Made by a program: the position numbers and the translations under genes. The notes under the pieces are model-generated. The model saw only the letters and a program-made list of their open reading frames with translations, did no database searches and had not been told where the DNA came from. Below, piece after piece: positions 29,626-38,540 of a stretch of DNA of 64,000 nucleotides. The first letter of the stretch is position 1, and each line of letters opens with the position of its first letter. This stretch comes from a virus. The stretch lies in IMG/VR virus record IMGVR_UViG_3300031519_008107, positions 29,105 through 93,104 of that record; one strand, given 5' to 3'.

Positions 29626-30305
29626 AAGATTTATCAACTATAATTTTGTGTACAAATACAGTCAAAGGGACAAAGTCTTTAGGCAGTATACCATTGCTTA
29701 AAGTTAATGACAAAAAAACTATCCTTACATATATGCACAATAATATAAAAGGATGTTGGCCTAACGGCGATATTATATGTATTACCAAACAGCAGGATCA
29801 AAGACTTAATAAACATATTGAGAATAAATATCCTGATGTAAAATGCGAATCTTATGTTGTAGACGAATGGTTTAATGAATCACAAGCCTTAGTTCAGACT
29901 TTTAATAAATATGGGGCCTTTAACTGTTTAGTCTTAGATATTAACTGTGTTCTGGATAAGAATATATTCAAAAAAATAAAAACATATGATACTAATAGGT
30001 CTTTCTTAATGCATAATGCTCACTCTGATTTTAAGTCAAAGCTTGGATGTATTCTGGATAGTAAGACACAACAAACGCAAAACATTTTTTTTGGTTTACC
30101 AAATCTGTTACTGAGATACTATTATATATCTAAAGCACATGCTCAAACGATAAAAGACAGTAATCCGATAAAGTCTAAGTTTCTGTTTGAAGTATTAAAT
30201 GATATTTCTCAAGATATAGATGTTCACAGTGTAAAAACTAAAAAATGTATACATATTAATTGCATTAGGGATTATAAAAAATTAAAGGAGATCAACTTTG
30301 TATAA
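29622..30305 (+). CDS. nucleotidyltransferase-like (GT-A fold) protein
   Basis: IIL...KG.KS.G..PLL.V...IL resembles a sugar-phosphate nucleotidyltransferase N-terminus. Confidence 0.5.
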   Translation: MKDLSTIILCTNTVKGTKSLGSIPLLKVNDKKTILTYMHNNIKGCWPNGDIICITKQQDQRLNKHIENKYPDVKCESYVVDEWFNESQALVQTFNKYGAFNCLVLDINCVLDKNIFKKIKTYDTNRSFLMHNAHSDFKSKLGCILDSKTQQTQNIFFGLPNLLLRYYYISKAHAQTIKDSNPIKSKFLFEVLNDISQDIDVHSVKTKKCIHINCIRDYKKLKEINFV

Positions 30306-30675
30306 TATTAGTTTATTCACACAATATCTTGAAGAATCAAAACATATACTAAATATGGTTACTAATCAAACAATATTTCGACCACAAGAAATGTTCTGTG
30401 ATAAAAATAGTATAATAAATCATAACACACCAATATTTCATAGTTATTTCATGATAGGCGAAAATAAGTTAATATTAACAGATGCTTCTGTTTATTCTGT
30501 AGCTGAGATATTTAACAGTAACCAATTTATCTGTATTGATAGCCTAGCAGAAAAACCGAAAGATTTAGCTAATGTGGATTTCTATGATATAGAACAGATA
30601 GATCCTGAGAAAATAAATGAAGGATTGTTGAAAATTTTACAACAAGAGAAGTATGATGAATATAGAATACAATAA
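30298..30675 (+). CDS. hypothetical protein
   Basis: TTG start with AAGGAG SD. Confidence 0.6.
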   Translation: MYNISLFTQYLEESKHILNMVTNQTIFRPQEMFCDKNSIINHNTPIFHSYFMIGENKLILTDASVYSVAEIFNSNQFICIDSLAEKPKDLANVDFYDIEQIDPEKINEGLLKILQQEKYDEYRIQ

Positions 30676-31453
30676 CCTAACAGACGAACAAAAGCGTAAA
30701 TTAATTACAAAGCATTATACAAATGCAAAACAAAGCTTTCCAGAGATTGCTGAACAATATGGCACTTACCCTAATAAACTAAGGCGTGACGCTATTAAAT
30801 TCGGAATTCGTACTAGAAATTTAAGCGAAGCTCAAAAAACAGCTATGTCATCAGGCAGGAATAAACACCCAACCAAAGATAAAAAACATACAGCAGAAAC
30901 AAAAGCAAAAATGGGTTTATCTCATTATAAAAGTAGAAAATCTGAGAGTAAAGAAAAAAGAAAACAAAGGTCAGAGAATGGCAAAAAACAATGGAGATCG
31001 ATGTCTGATATTGAAAAGTCTAATTTACAACAATCAGCAAACCAAGCAATAAGAAATACCAGTAAAACAGGATCAAAATTAGAGAAATATTTACTAAGGA
31101 AATTAATAGAATCTGGATATAAACCAGAATTTCACAAAGAACAAATCTTATCAAATACAAAATTACAAATTGACATTTTTGTTACAGACGCTAATACAGC
31201 AATAGAGGTCGATGGACCTTCTCACTTCAAAGCTGTATGGGGTAATGAATCATTACAACGAAATCAAAAGTATGATCAAAATAAAAACGGTCTGATTATT
31301 GGTAAAGGCATGAGATTGATTCGCATAAAACAGCTAAACGATTACTCCGACACTAGAGCAAAACTAATTTTCGATAAACTTAATAATTTGTTGCAAGGTA
31401 TTAAAAATAATACTGTAGCTGGTTCCCAGAAGATTTTATACATAGAGGATTAA
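30653..31453 (+). CDS. NUMOD3 plus Vsr/DUF559-like endonuclease (homing-endonuclease architecture)
   Basis: KHTAETKAKM (NUMOD3), QIDIF...AIEVDGPSH...D..K...IRI. Confidence 0.7.
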   Translation: MMNIEYNNLTDEQKRKLITKHYTNAKQSFPEIAEQYGTYPNKLRRDAIKFGIRTRNLSEAQKTAMSSGRNKHPTKDKKHTAETKAKMGLSHYKSRKSESKEKRKQRSENGKKQWRSMSDIEKSNLQQSANQAIRNTSKTGSKLEKYLLRKLIESGYKPEFHKEQILSNTKLQIDIFVTDANTAIEVDGPSHFKAVWGNESLQRNQKYDQNKNGLIIGKGMRLIRIKQLNDYSDTRAKLIFDKLNNLLQGIKNNTVAGSQKILYIED

Positions 31454-32128
31454 ATGAGTAAAGCTAAATTAAACATTAACGATATTGGTTGGACTGATCA
31501 TGTTTTAGGTCTTTTATCTGATGATGAAAAGATTAAAGGAAACCCTACCACTGATGGTCTAAGAAGAATTTTTGAAATTGCTCTAGACTGTACTGTAATT
31601 AATTCTAGTTCTGAAGTGGTTCAATCACCAAGTCCGGACAATGAAAAAAGAGCTACTGTAGTACACTGTCTAACCTATGTTTTAAATAGTAAGTCTATAG
31701 CTGTAGAAATTAAAACTAGGTCTGTAAACGGAGCAGCGGACGTCTATTGGGGTAATTGTGATAAAATATATAGAAATCATCCTGTTGCTGTGGCTGAAAC
31801 TAGAGCTGAGGGCAGAGCCTTACGAAGAGGGTTGAAATTAAGAAAAGTTGTGGCTGCAGAAGAGATTGCAGATCAAATTGAAGACAATCCAGATATGGAC
31901 TCCGTAACTAAGATTACTAATAATCAAGTCGGCTTTATGGATGTCTTATGTAAGAGACTTAATGTTAACCCTATTTCTTTAATAAGTCATTTAAAATTTG
32001 AAGTTCAAGACTTTAGAAACTTGACCCATACAGATGCTGTGACTATTATAAGACAACTATCTTCTTTCCAACAAAATCTAGATAGTATTCCAGAAGAAGT
32101 CATGGGTTATACGGAGGACTGGCGATGA
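31454..32128 (+). CDS. putative single-strand annealing protein (Rad52/Sak-like)
   Basis: GL.R, G.AD, AETRA..RALR...L...EE pattern. Confidence 0.55.
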   Translation: MSKAKLNINDIGWTDHVLGLLSDDEKIKGNPTTDGLRRIFEIALDCTVINSSSEVVQSPSPDNEKRATVVHCLTYVLNSKSIAVEIKTRSVNGAADVYWGNCDKIYRNHPVAVAETRAEGRALRRGLKLRKVVAAEEIADQIEDNPDMDSVTKITNNQVGFMDVLCKRLNVNPISLISHLKFEVQDFRNLTHTDAVTIIRQLSSFQQNLDSIPEEVMGYTEDWR

Positions 32129-32448
32129 TTGAAGGCGAAATTAAAGTTAATGATAAGTTGACTCTGAAAATTAGTGCGGAAGGACAGAAGGAATTATTTA
32201 AAGACCTTTCTACTGTGCAAGAAATTTTTGGAGAAAACAATTGCGGTATGTGTGGCAGTACTGACATTAAGTACGTTGTTCGTACTGTTGATGGTAACGA
32301 TTATTTTGAACTAAGATGTAATAAATGTGGAGCTATCCTTTCCTTTGGTCAGCATAAAAAGGGTGGTACAATTTTCCCTAAGCGTAAAGACGCTGACGGC
32401 AAATGGTTAGACGATAAAGGTTGGCACAAATATATTCCGAAAAAGTAA
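32125..32448 (+). CDS. hypothetical zinc-ribbon protein
   Basis: CGMCG...CNKCG; GGAGG SD. Confidence 0.7.
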   Translation: MIEGEIKVNDKLTLKISAEGQKELFKDLSTVQEIFGENNCGMCGSTDIKYVVRTVDGNDYFELRCNKCGAILSFGQHKKGGTIFPKRKDADGKWLDDKGWHKYIPKK

Positions 32449-32451
32449 TTA

Positions 32452-32937
32452 TTATTTTTTCTTAATTTTATTTTCTATTGTTTTTGCTTGTTGTTTCCTA
32501 GAATTAGCAACAGCTTTTTTCACTAAAATTTTACCGGCTGTCTTTAAAAACGGCAGCCTTCTTTTTCTAGCTTCTTGTTGTAGCCATCCTACTACAGTAT
32601 CTATGTTCTCTTCTACCCATTCATTTCCGTTTTCATCCATAGTATCAGCTCTTTTATTACAGCTACAATTAGCTTGAGAATGTATACCAAATTTTTTTAA
32701 AAGCTTTTTTAATTCAGTCCCGGGACCATCAGCTGGACTAGCAAGGGCAAATTGTCTGGGATCATCTTTTAATAGAATTATTATATCTTGTCTAAGTTCT
32801 TGCATTCTGTTAATTTCATCATGATTTATTTTTGAAGACATTACCCCTAGAACATTGCCTACTGGATTAAAATTAATCTCTATACCTTTTCCTTGCATTT
32901 CTTTTAAAAAATAATATGCTTCATTATATTCTTTCAT
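32452..32937 (-). CDS. hypothetical protein (GPGTELK...CxC type)
   Basis: GPGTELKKLL...CSC...WLQQEARKRRLPF; AAGGAG SD. Confidence 0.75.
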   Translation of the reverse strand: MKEYNEAYYFLKEMQGKGIEINFNPVGNVLGVMSSKINHDEINRMQELRQDIIILLKDDPRQFALASPADGPGTELKKLLKKFGIHSQANCSCNKRADTMDENGNEWVEENIDTVVGWLQQEARKRRLPFLKTAGKILVKKAVANSRKQQAKTIENKIKKK

Positions 32938-32955
32938 AATTTATACTCCTTTGTA

Positions 32956-35900
32956 TTAATCTACATAATTACTCGGATCATCTATATAACCTTGTGGTGT
33001 TGGATTCCAACAGGTACCTCTACATGCTTTTCTGATAGGAAAACCTCCACCAACACCATCAGCAAGTGAATTGCTACCACCCACATTAGGAGGGAATTTT
33101 CCGTCAAAAGTATCACGAGAACATACTCTACCAGAACCTACATCTCTATCACAGTCTTGGAAGGCTTGCGATCCGACAGGACATAAAACAGTATTCCAAT
33201 CACAACCCGCCTGAGTGCTTATACCATTCTCATCACAGTAACCTCTAGCAAGACAGTTTTTGAAGTTTCTAACCATGCTGTCTGGCTGAAAAAACAATCC
33301 CTCCCAATCCCAAGTTACAACTACGGATCCTCCGTCACCACTAAAAGCTAATGTAATAGGAGTTGTTTCACCGTTTTTTGGGCAGGGCAGCTCTATGGGA
33401 GGGCTAGTAAAACTAGAAGTACAGCCACAACTGTTTAACCACTGTCTTTCCAGTGCATAATAGTCCGGCCACCACTCTTCTGCCGGGGTTCCAAAAGGAT
33501 TGTCACCATCACCATAGGGTGAAGGTGGATTAAGAACAAATACGTCAGCTTGGTTGATGTTGGCATCATTACTGGGGTATACTTCATCAATAAGAGTTTC
33601 AGGGAAAGGGAATTCATCTAGATCTCTACCTGCAGTCATTCCAACATGAGCGTTATGACATTGAACCGAACAGGTTGCAGTAAGCTCAAAGTCACCCCCA
33701 TATCCAGTAGATTTCTTACAGCCTCCTTCAATCACTACTAGGATTCCATTCCCACCCTCGTCGGTACTTCCCTCGCAACATCCACCTGCCGCACCTATTT
33801 CGATAGTAAACGTAGGGCAAAGATCGCTTTTAGGAGCAGCACAACATGAATGCTTTCCTATCAGGGGCCCAATCTTGAATAGTGGTTCGTACAGGAAAAA
33901 TCCTGCTATAGAATTTGGATCTATACTACCCGGACCTCCATCTAACGGAAACATTGCATTATTGGATTCATACCACTTGGGTCCAGTTATAGTATTAAGA
34001 TTACAACCCATATCGGGCTTGGTTGCTGATACGTTTACAATGGCTGTTAGAGCAGTGTCATATGGATCAGCAAAACCTTGATTCATAAGATCTATTCCGA
34101 AGTTGTCATACACTATGCCTAGTTTTGTAAAACTAGTTTGCCCAACAGAATTTGAAAACATAGTACATCTACAATTTTCACAACAATAGTATGGATCATC
34201 ATCACTACATATATCGGTTTGTCTCAAGGTCCATCCAACAGGTAGGTCTTGATATGGCATCCCCATGCCTTGAGGTGTGCAAAACGGGCCGGGACTATAT
34301 TTATCATAATCACTAGGGATATCCCTAGCAGTTGGAAGATACTCACCAGTCTCAAGATCTACTCTCCACCCTAAAGTGTTTACGCTATCTGTTCTTACAA
34401 AATTTCTTTCTCCTTGTAGAATACCACCATAACAAGGATTAACACCACCCTGAAAAACACCGTCAGGTACAATATCTTTCATCTTTGTGCTAATTAATAA
34501 ACCGTTTTTACCTAAAACTCTTGGTAAACCATCATCTAATCTCGTATTCGATAGCTGTCCCCCATTTTCCTGCGTGCTCTCATAACGATAACAAGTATCT
34601 GAAGGCCCATGCTCCAGAGTAATCGTACCTTGCGGAACCTTAGAATCTTTAGGACTAAGTCCTGTAGGTCTGATTTTATTAATATGTACATTATTTAAGA
34701 AAAGATTAGCCGAAGGTGCTATAGTTGCAGCCTCCCCTCGACGAAGTTGCACAGCAGGTCTACATCTCCGTTGTAATCTCTCTTGTTCTGTTAAATCTGG
34801 TGGGTCAACAATCACCTCCATATCCCCCTCAACAGTAACTAATAATTGAGCATAACCTGCAGGGGCTTTATAGTAACCTGTACAAGCATCATAATAAGGA
34901 TAATTAAACGGATAACTGTTGTTTATTCTATCATCTGGTAAGAAGTTTTGAAAACTACTACCTCCTTGTCCCTTATAAGTTTGATTAGCTGTAGGGTCTG
35001 TGCCAAAAGGATGTGTTTGATCCTCGCTGAACAATTTGGGCAGAATAATCGCTTCACCATCATAAGTACCCTCTACATCCTCTGCATTCACGTTAATACT
35101 ACTATCAAACGGGTCCTCCGTTACATCTCTAAACACCGTATCATTTTGTCTATATGTAACATAAAAGGTGAGACTTTCTTTAGGTAAGATTTGGGTAGTG
35201 CTTCCTTCTCCATCTACAGTATATTCGACTACACCGGGGCTTGAGGGTGATAATACTTTACTCACTACCCGAGCATTTGTTATATCTTGATCCTCATCCT
35301 CTATCTCACCCTCCACAGTAAATTTAGCACTCCAGTTTTTGAGAATTTGTTCAGCCTTATTGGTTATTGTTACAAAAAAAGATATTACAGGATTATCATA
35401 AGGATCCAATGGAATGGGGCTTGTCGTTGCAAATACAATACTGACTCTAACCTCACCTTGAGGGATTTCTTCAAAAAGTTTAGGAATATACAATTTGTCG
35501 TCCCTTAAAACTTTTTTATAAGCCCTTGTATCGTAAGGCCAATCTCTCATCATAGGATTAAATGGACTTTCTGGCACAGCTCCATCGTGTCTATAAAAAG
35601 TTCTATTATTGGTCTTATGATAAATTCCGTACAAGTTAGTAAGAGGGTTGTCTGCTCCTGTTCGTGTAATATAATCAGGTCTGTGTGCAGGTCTAGCTAT
35701 ATACCAAATATCACCAGCTGTTCCTCCAAGACCAGCCTCTATTATCCACTCAGGAAAGAACCTATCAACTTTGATTCCATTCATATATGCAAAATTATCT
35801 ATACTACATTGTTGATGCATTCTAACATTTGGTATTACGCGAGCGCTGTTAAAAAGCCTATCACAAAAGTCAAAGTCCCAACCGCCATAATCAGGCAGCA

Positions 35901-38508
35901 AGCACTCTCTCATATATTGTTCTGTCATGTCTCCGTAAGGAGAGTCACTAGCGTCAAAAAAGCCTATAATACTACCATAAAAGTTTTTTAAAAGTTCAAT
36001 CTGTGAGTCAGTATATTTCTTATAAAAAGGAGTGACATCATGATCTATGATTCTGACACCTCCTGATTGAGTAGGATCCATTACTGGCGTATATCTAGGA
36101 ATATCCAATGGGCCACTTACAGGTCTAGTACTATCTTTATAGTTGTTTGTTTCAGGTCTAGCGAATGCTATTACAATTATTTTTGAATCTGTCCAAAGAG
36201 GACGACTAGAACGCAAAACACAATCCAACCTTACTTGACTGTCGCTCACTCTAATGAAACCATCGCCACCTCTAATGCCAAGTATATCAGTAAAGAATAT
36301 GTTATCGTAGTATGGTATCGTGATAGTGTTAATTGGTTTACCGGTGAGGTCGCCTCTTCCCGGCTCGTCAGGATTGCCGTGTAAATACAGATAAAAATTA
36401 TTTGGACCCCAGTGAAACAGACTTTCATCTTCTGGAGTTGCTGGGTTATCTTCCTGATAAACTCTAAATATAATAAATCCCGGAACTGCCACACCTTGAC
36501 TGTGATACGACTCTAAAGAGTTAGGGTAGTTCCAAGGGGTATATGGGATTGCTTCTCCCACAGTAGCGTTGTCAGGAACAAAAGGACCATGAATAGGCAT
36601 ACCGAAATAACACATACTAATATCTTCAATGCAATGTAGGTGATTAAGTGGCTGAATAAAATTCTCTCCTACAGTCAGATGAGATTGAAAACAATTGCCT
36701 AACCCCGCCTGTTTAACTTGAGCAGGATGCAAGGCTCTCCGAACAAAGTCTCCTCTTCCAGATTGAAATCCAGTAGTCATATGAGTAGAACCATTGGTCA
36801 CAGAAAGATCTGTTAAATTTGTAACATCAATGATTTTACCCACCCCTGCTGTAATCTCTAAATTAAAGCTAGCATGACCTGCATTTGGGTTGTCTCCAAA
36901 ATTAGCTATTTCTACTATATATTTCCTATGCTGGTTAGTCTGGTTTTTGAAATCGTTGGTTGGTCCACCGCCGCGAGGATTATAACAATGATGATATCTA
37001 TACGTACCAACACCACCTTCACTACTAAAGAGAGAACTAAAAATAGTGTCACGTTTGCCCCGGCCACCAACCGCATAATTAGGACCTCCAGTACTAACAT
37101 AAGGTCTTTCAGCATCTTCTTGTCTAACAAAACCTTGATCTGCTACTCTTTCATGAACATAATACATATTCATATGAATATCAGTATGACTAGCAATATC
37201 CCAAGTAATAATATTCGATGCTGTAAGAGTAACTCCAGAACTTAAAGATACTCCTCCATGAAGAATACCATCGGTATCTGGTCTTTGCTTCTGATACAAC
37301 AAATGAGTGCCTTTATCTCCCGGATAGTATACAGTGTTTGCGCTTAGTTCGTCGAAAGAAGTATCTTCAATAAAAAAGCGATTACTCAGATACATCCCAT
37401 AAGTACCCGGGAATTTAGCGCTTTGTGTAAAGGGGTCTATATCATCAATAAATTTAACTTTAGCTGATCTACCATCATCAGCTAGTTCTAATGAAGGCAC
37501 TCCTATATTAAATTTAACATCATTATGCCCAGATCTACCACCACCAAACATGTAATATTGTCGAGAATTAGGGTCTGTAATAAACCCTTGCTCATCAAGA
37601 GGGATTCTAATAGTTTGAAAAAAAGGATTATCCGGATCAGCAGGATTTCCAAATGGAGATCTGATTGTATCCCAAGTTCTACGACCAAATTGATTCATCG
37701 CAGCAAAAACAACATGACCTAAAGAAATATTTTCAATTCCTTGAAATGGATGATCTCTATATAAAGACACACCGTTTTCAGAACCATCATCACGAGTTCC
37801 TGTAATAACACTTAATAAGGGTGCATCAAACTTAATATTTATTTCGTCAACAGGCTGATCAATAAACTCTACAGGTACATTATTAATTTTAAGATCAGGA
37901 TGCGTATAAGTATGGTATGATCCTGATGGATTTTCAAGTTCAGCAGTCAAAAATCCTGCTGGGGCAGCATTTAACCCTGCAGTTTCTTCCGACACAATTA
38001 GTCTATCAATTTTTGGAAAAGGTAATTCAGTTAGACTGGATCCGATATCCAAAATTCGAAAATTTTCTGAAGTGATAGATCTTACATTATCATCTGCTGG
38101 GCATCCAAAAGCTTCTGTGGGAGGTTGTATTGCAAAATTGTCAATTAAACCTGATCTAACAGCTCTACTTTTACCTAAAGACTCTACCTGTTCTGGTGCT
38201 ACTCCTGTATATGGGGGAGGTCCTTGAGAACCGTCAATAGTAAAAAATTTATGTAATAAATATCCACAATATTTTTCAATATATTTTAATCCTAAATTAG
38301 CATCATACTCACTAATTGGTTTTTCTCTAGGCATAATAACAGAACCATCTTCTAATACTTGGACTAGATCAATTGGTTCGTACGGAGCTAGTAATCTAGT
38401 AACTAAATCTCTAGCTGTCTTAGAAGTATTGAGATTATCATCATCTCTAATTTTTTTTAATATAACTTGAATTTCCTTGGGCTCTATGCTCCCAAAATTA
38501 ACTCTCAT
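32956..38508 (-). CDS. 1850-aa virion/tail-tip protein with CBM2/Ig-like segment and Cys-rich C-terminus
   Basis: Long ORF downstream of the TMP; Pro/Gly/Asp-rich; about 25 Cys in the last ~430 aa. Confidence 0.7.
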   Translation of the reverse strand: MRVNFGSIEPKEIQVILKKIRDDDNLNTSKTARDLVTRLLAPYEPIDLVQVLEDGSVIMPREKPISEYDANLGLKYIEKYCGYLLHKFFTIDGSQGPPPYTGVAPEQVESLGKSRAVRSGLIDNFAIQPPTEAFGCPADDNVRSITSENFRILDIGSSLTELPFPKIDRLIVSEETAGLNAAPAGFLTAELENPSGSYHTYTHPDLKINNVPVEFIDQPVDEINIKFDAPLLSVITGTRDDGSENGVSLYRDHPFQGIENISLGHVVFAAMNQFGRRTWDTIRSPFGNPADPDNPFFQTIRIPLDEQGFITDPNSRQYYMFGGGRSGHNDVKFNIGVPSLELADDGRSAKVKFIDDIDPFTQSAKFPGTYGMYLSNRFFIEDTSFDELSANTVYYPGDKGTHLLYQKQRPDTDGILHGGVSLSSGVTLTASNIITWDIASHTDIHMNMYYVHERVADQGFVRQEDAERPYVSTGGPNYAVGGRGKRDTIFSSLFSSEGGVGTYRYHHCYNPRGGGPTNDFKNQTNQHRKYIVEIANFGDNPNAGHASFNLEITAGVGKIIDVTNLTDLSVTNGSTHMTTGFQSGRGDFVRRALHPAQVKQAGLGNCFQSHLTVGENFIQPLNHLHCIEDISMCYFGMPIHGPFVPDNATVGEAIPYTPWNYPNSLESYHSQGVAVPGFIIFRVYQEDNPATPEDESLFHWGPNNFYLYLHGNPDEPGRGDLTGKPINTITIPYYDNIFFTDILGIRGGDGFIRVSDSQVRLDCVLRSSRPLWTDSKIIVIAFARPETNNYKDSTRPVSGPLDIPRYTPVMDPTQSGGVRIIDHDVTPFYKKYTDSQIELLKNFYGSIIGFFDASDSPYGDMTEQYMRECLLPDYGGWDFDFCDRLFNSARVIPNVRMHQQCSIDNFAYMNGIKVDRFFPEWIIEAGLGGTAGDIWYIARPAHRPDYITRTGADNPLTNLYGIYHKTNNRTFYRHDGAVPESPFNPMMRDWPYDTRAYKKVLRDDKLYIPKLFEEIPQGEVRVSIVFATTSPIPLDPYDNPVISFFVTITNKAEQILKNWSAKFTVEGEIEDEDQDITNARVVSKVLSPSSPGVVEYTVDGEGSTTQILPKESLTFYVTYRQNDTVFRDVTEDPFDSSINVNAEDVEGTYDGEAIILPKLFSEDQTHPFGTDPTANQTYKGQGGSSFQNFLPDDRINNSYPFNYPYYDACTGYYKAPAGYAQLLVTVEGDMEVIVDPPDLTEQERLQRRCRPAVQLRRGEAATIAPSANLFLNNVHINKIRPTGLSPKDSKVPQGTITLEHGPSDTCYRYESTQENGGQLSNTRLDDGLPRVLGKNGLLISTKMKDIVPDGVFQGGVNPCYGGILQGERNFVRTDSVNTLGWRVDLETGEYLPTARDIPSDYDKYSPGPFCTPQGMGMPYQDLPVGWTLRQTDICSDDDPYYCCENCRCTMFSNSVGQTSFTKLGIVYDNFGIDLMNQGFADPYDTALTAIVNVSATKPDMGCNLNTITGPKWYESNNAMFPLDGGPGSIDPNSIAGFFLYEPLFKIGPLIGKHSCCAAPKSDLCPTFTIEIGAAGGCCEGSTDEGGNGILVVIEGGCKKSTGYGGDFELTATCSVQCHNAHVGMTAGRDLDEFPFPETLIDEVYPSNDANINQADVFVLNPPSPYGDGDNPFGTPAEEWWPDYYALERQWLNSCGCTSSFTSPPIELPCPKNGETTPITLAFSGDGGSVVVTWDWEGLFFQPDSMVRNFKNCLARGYCDENGISTQAGCDWNTVLCPVGSQAFQDCDRDVGSGRVCSRDTFDGKFPPNVGGSNSLADGVGGGFPIRKACRGTCWNPTPQGYIDDPSNYVD

Positions 38509-38540
38509 ATTTAAATCCTTTTTTCTCGTCTTTTTTGTTC

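Noticed and set aside
32440-32470. Bidirectional terminator at the convergence of the two arms
   Set aside because: Only 3 nt separate the stop codons and no GC-rich hairpin is visible.
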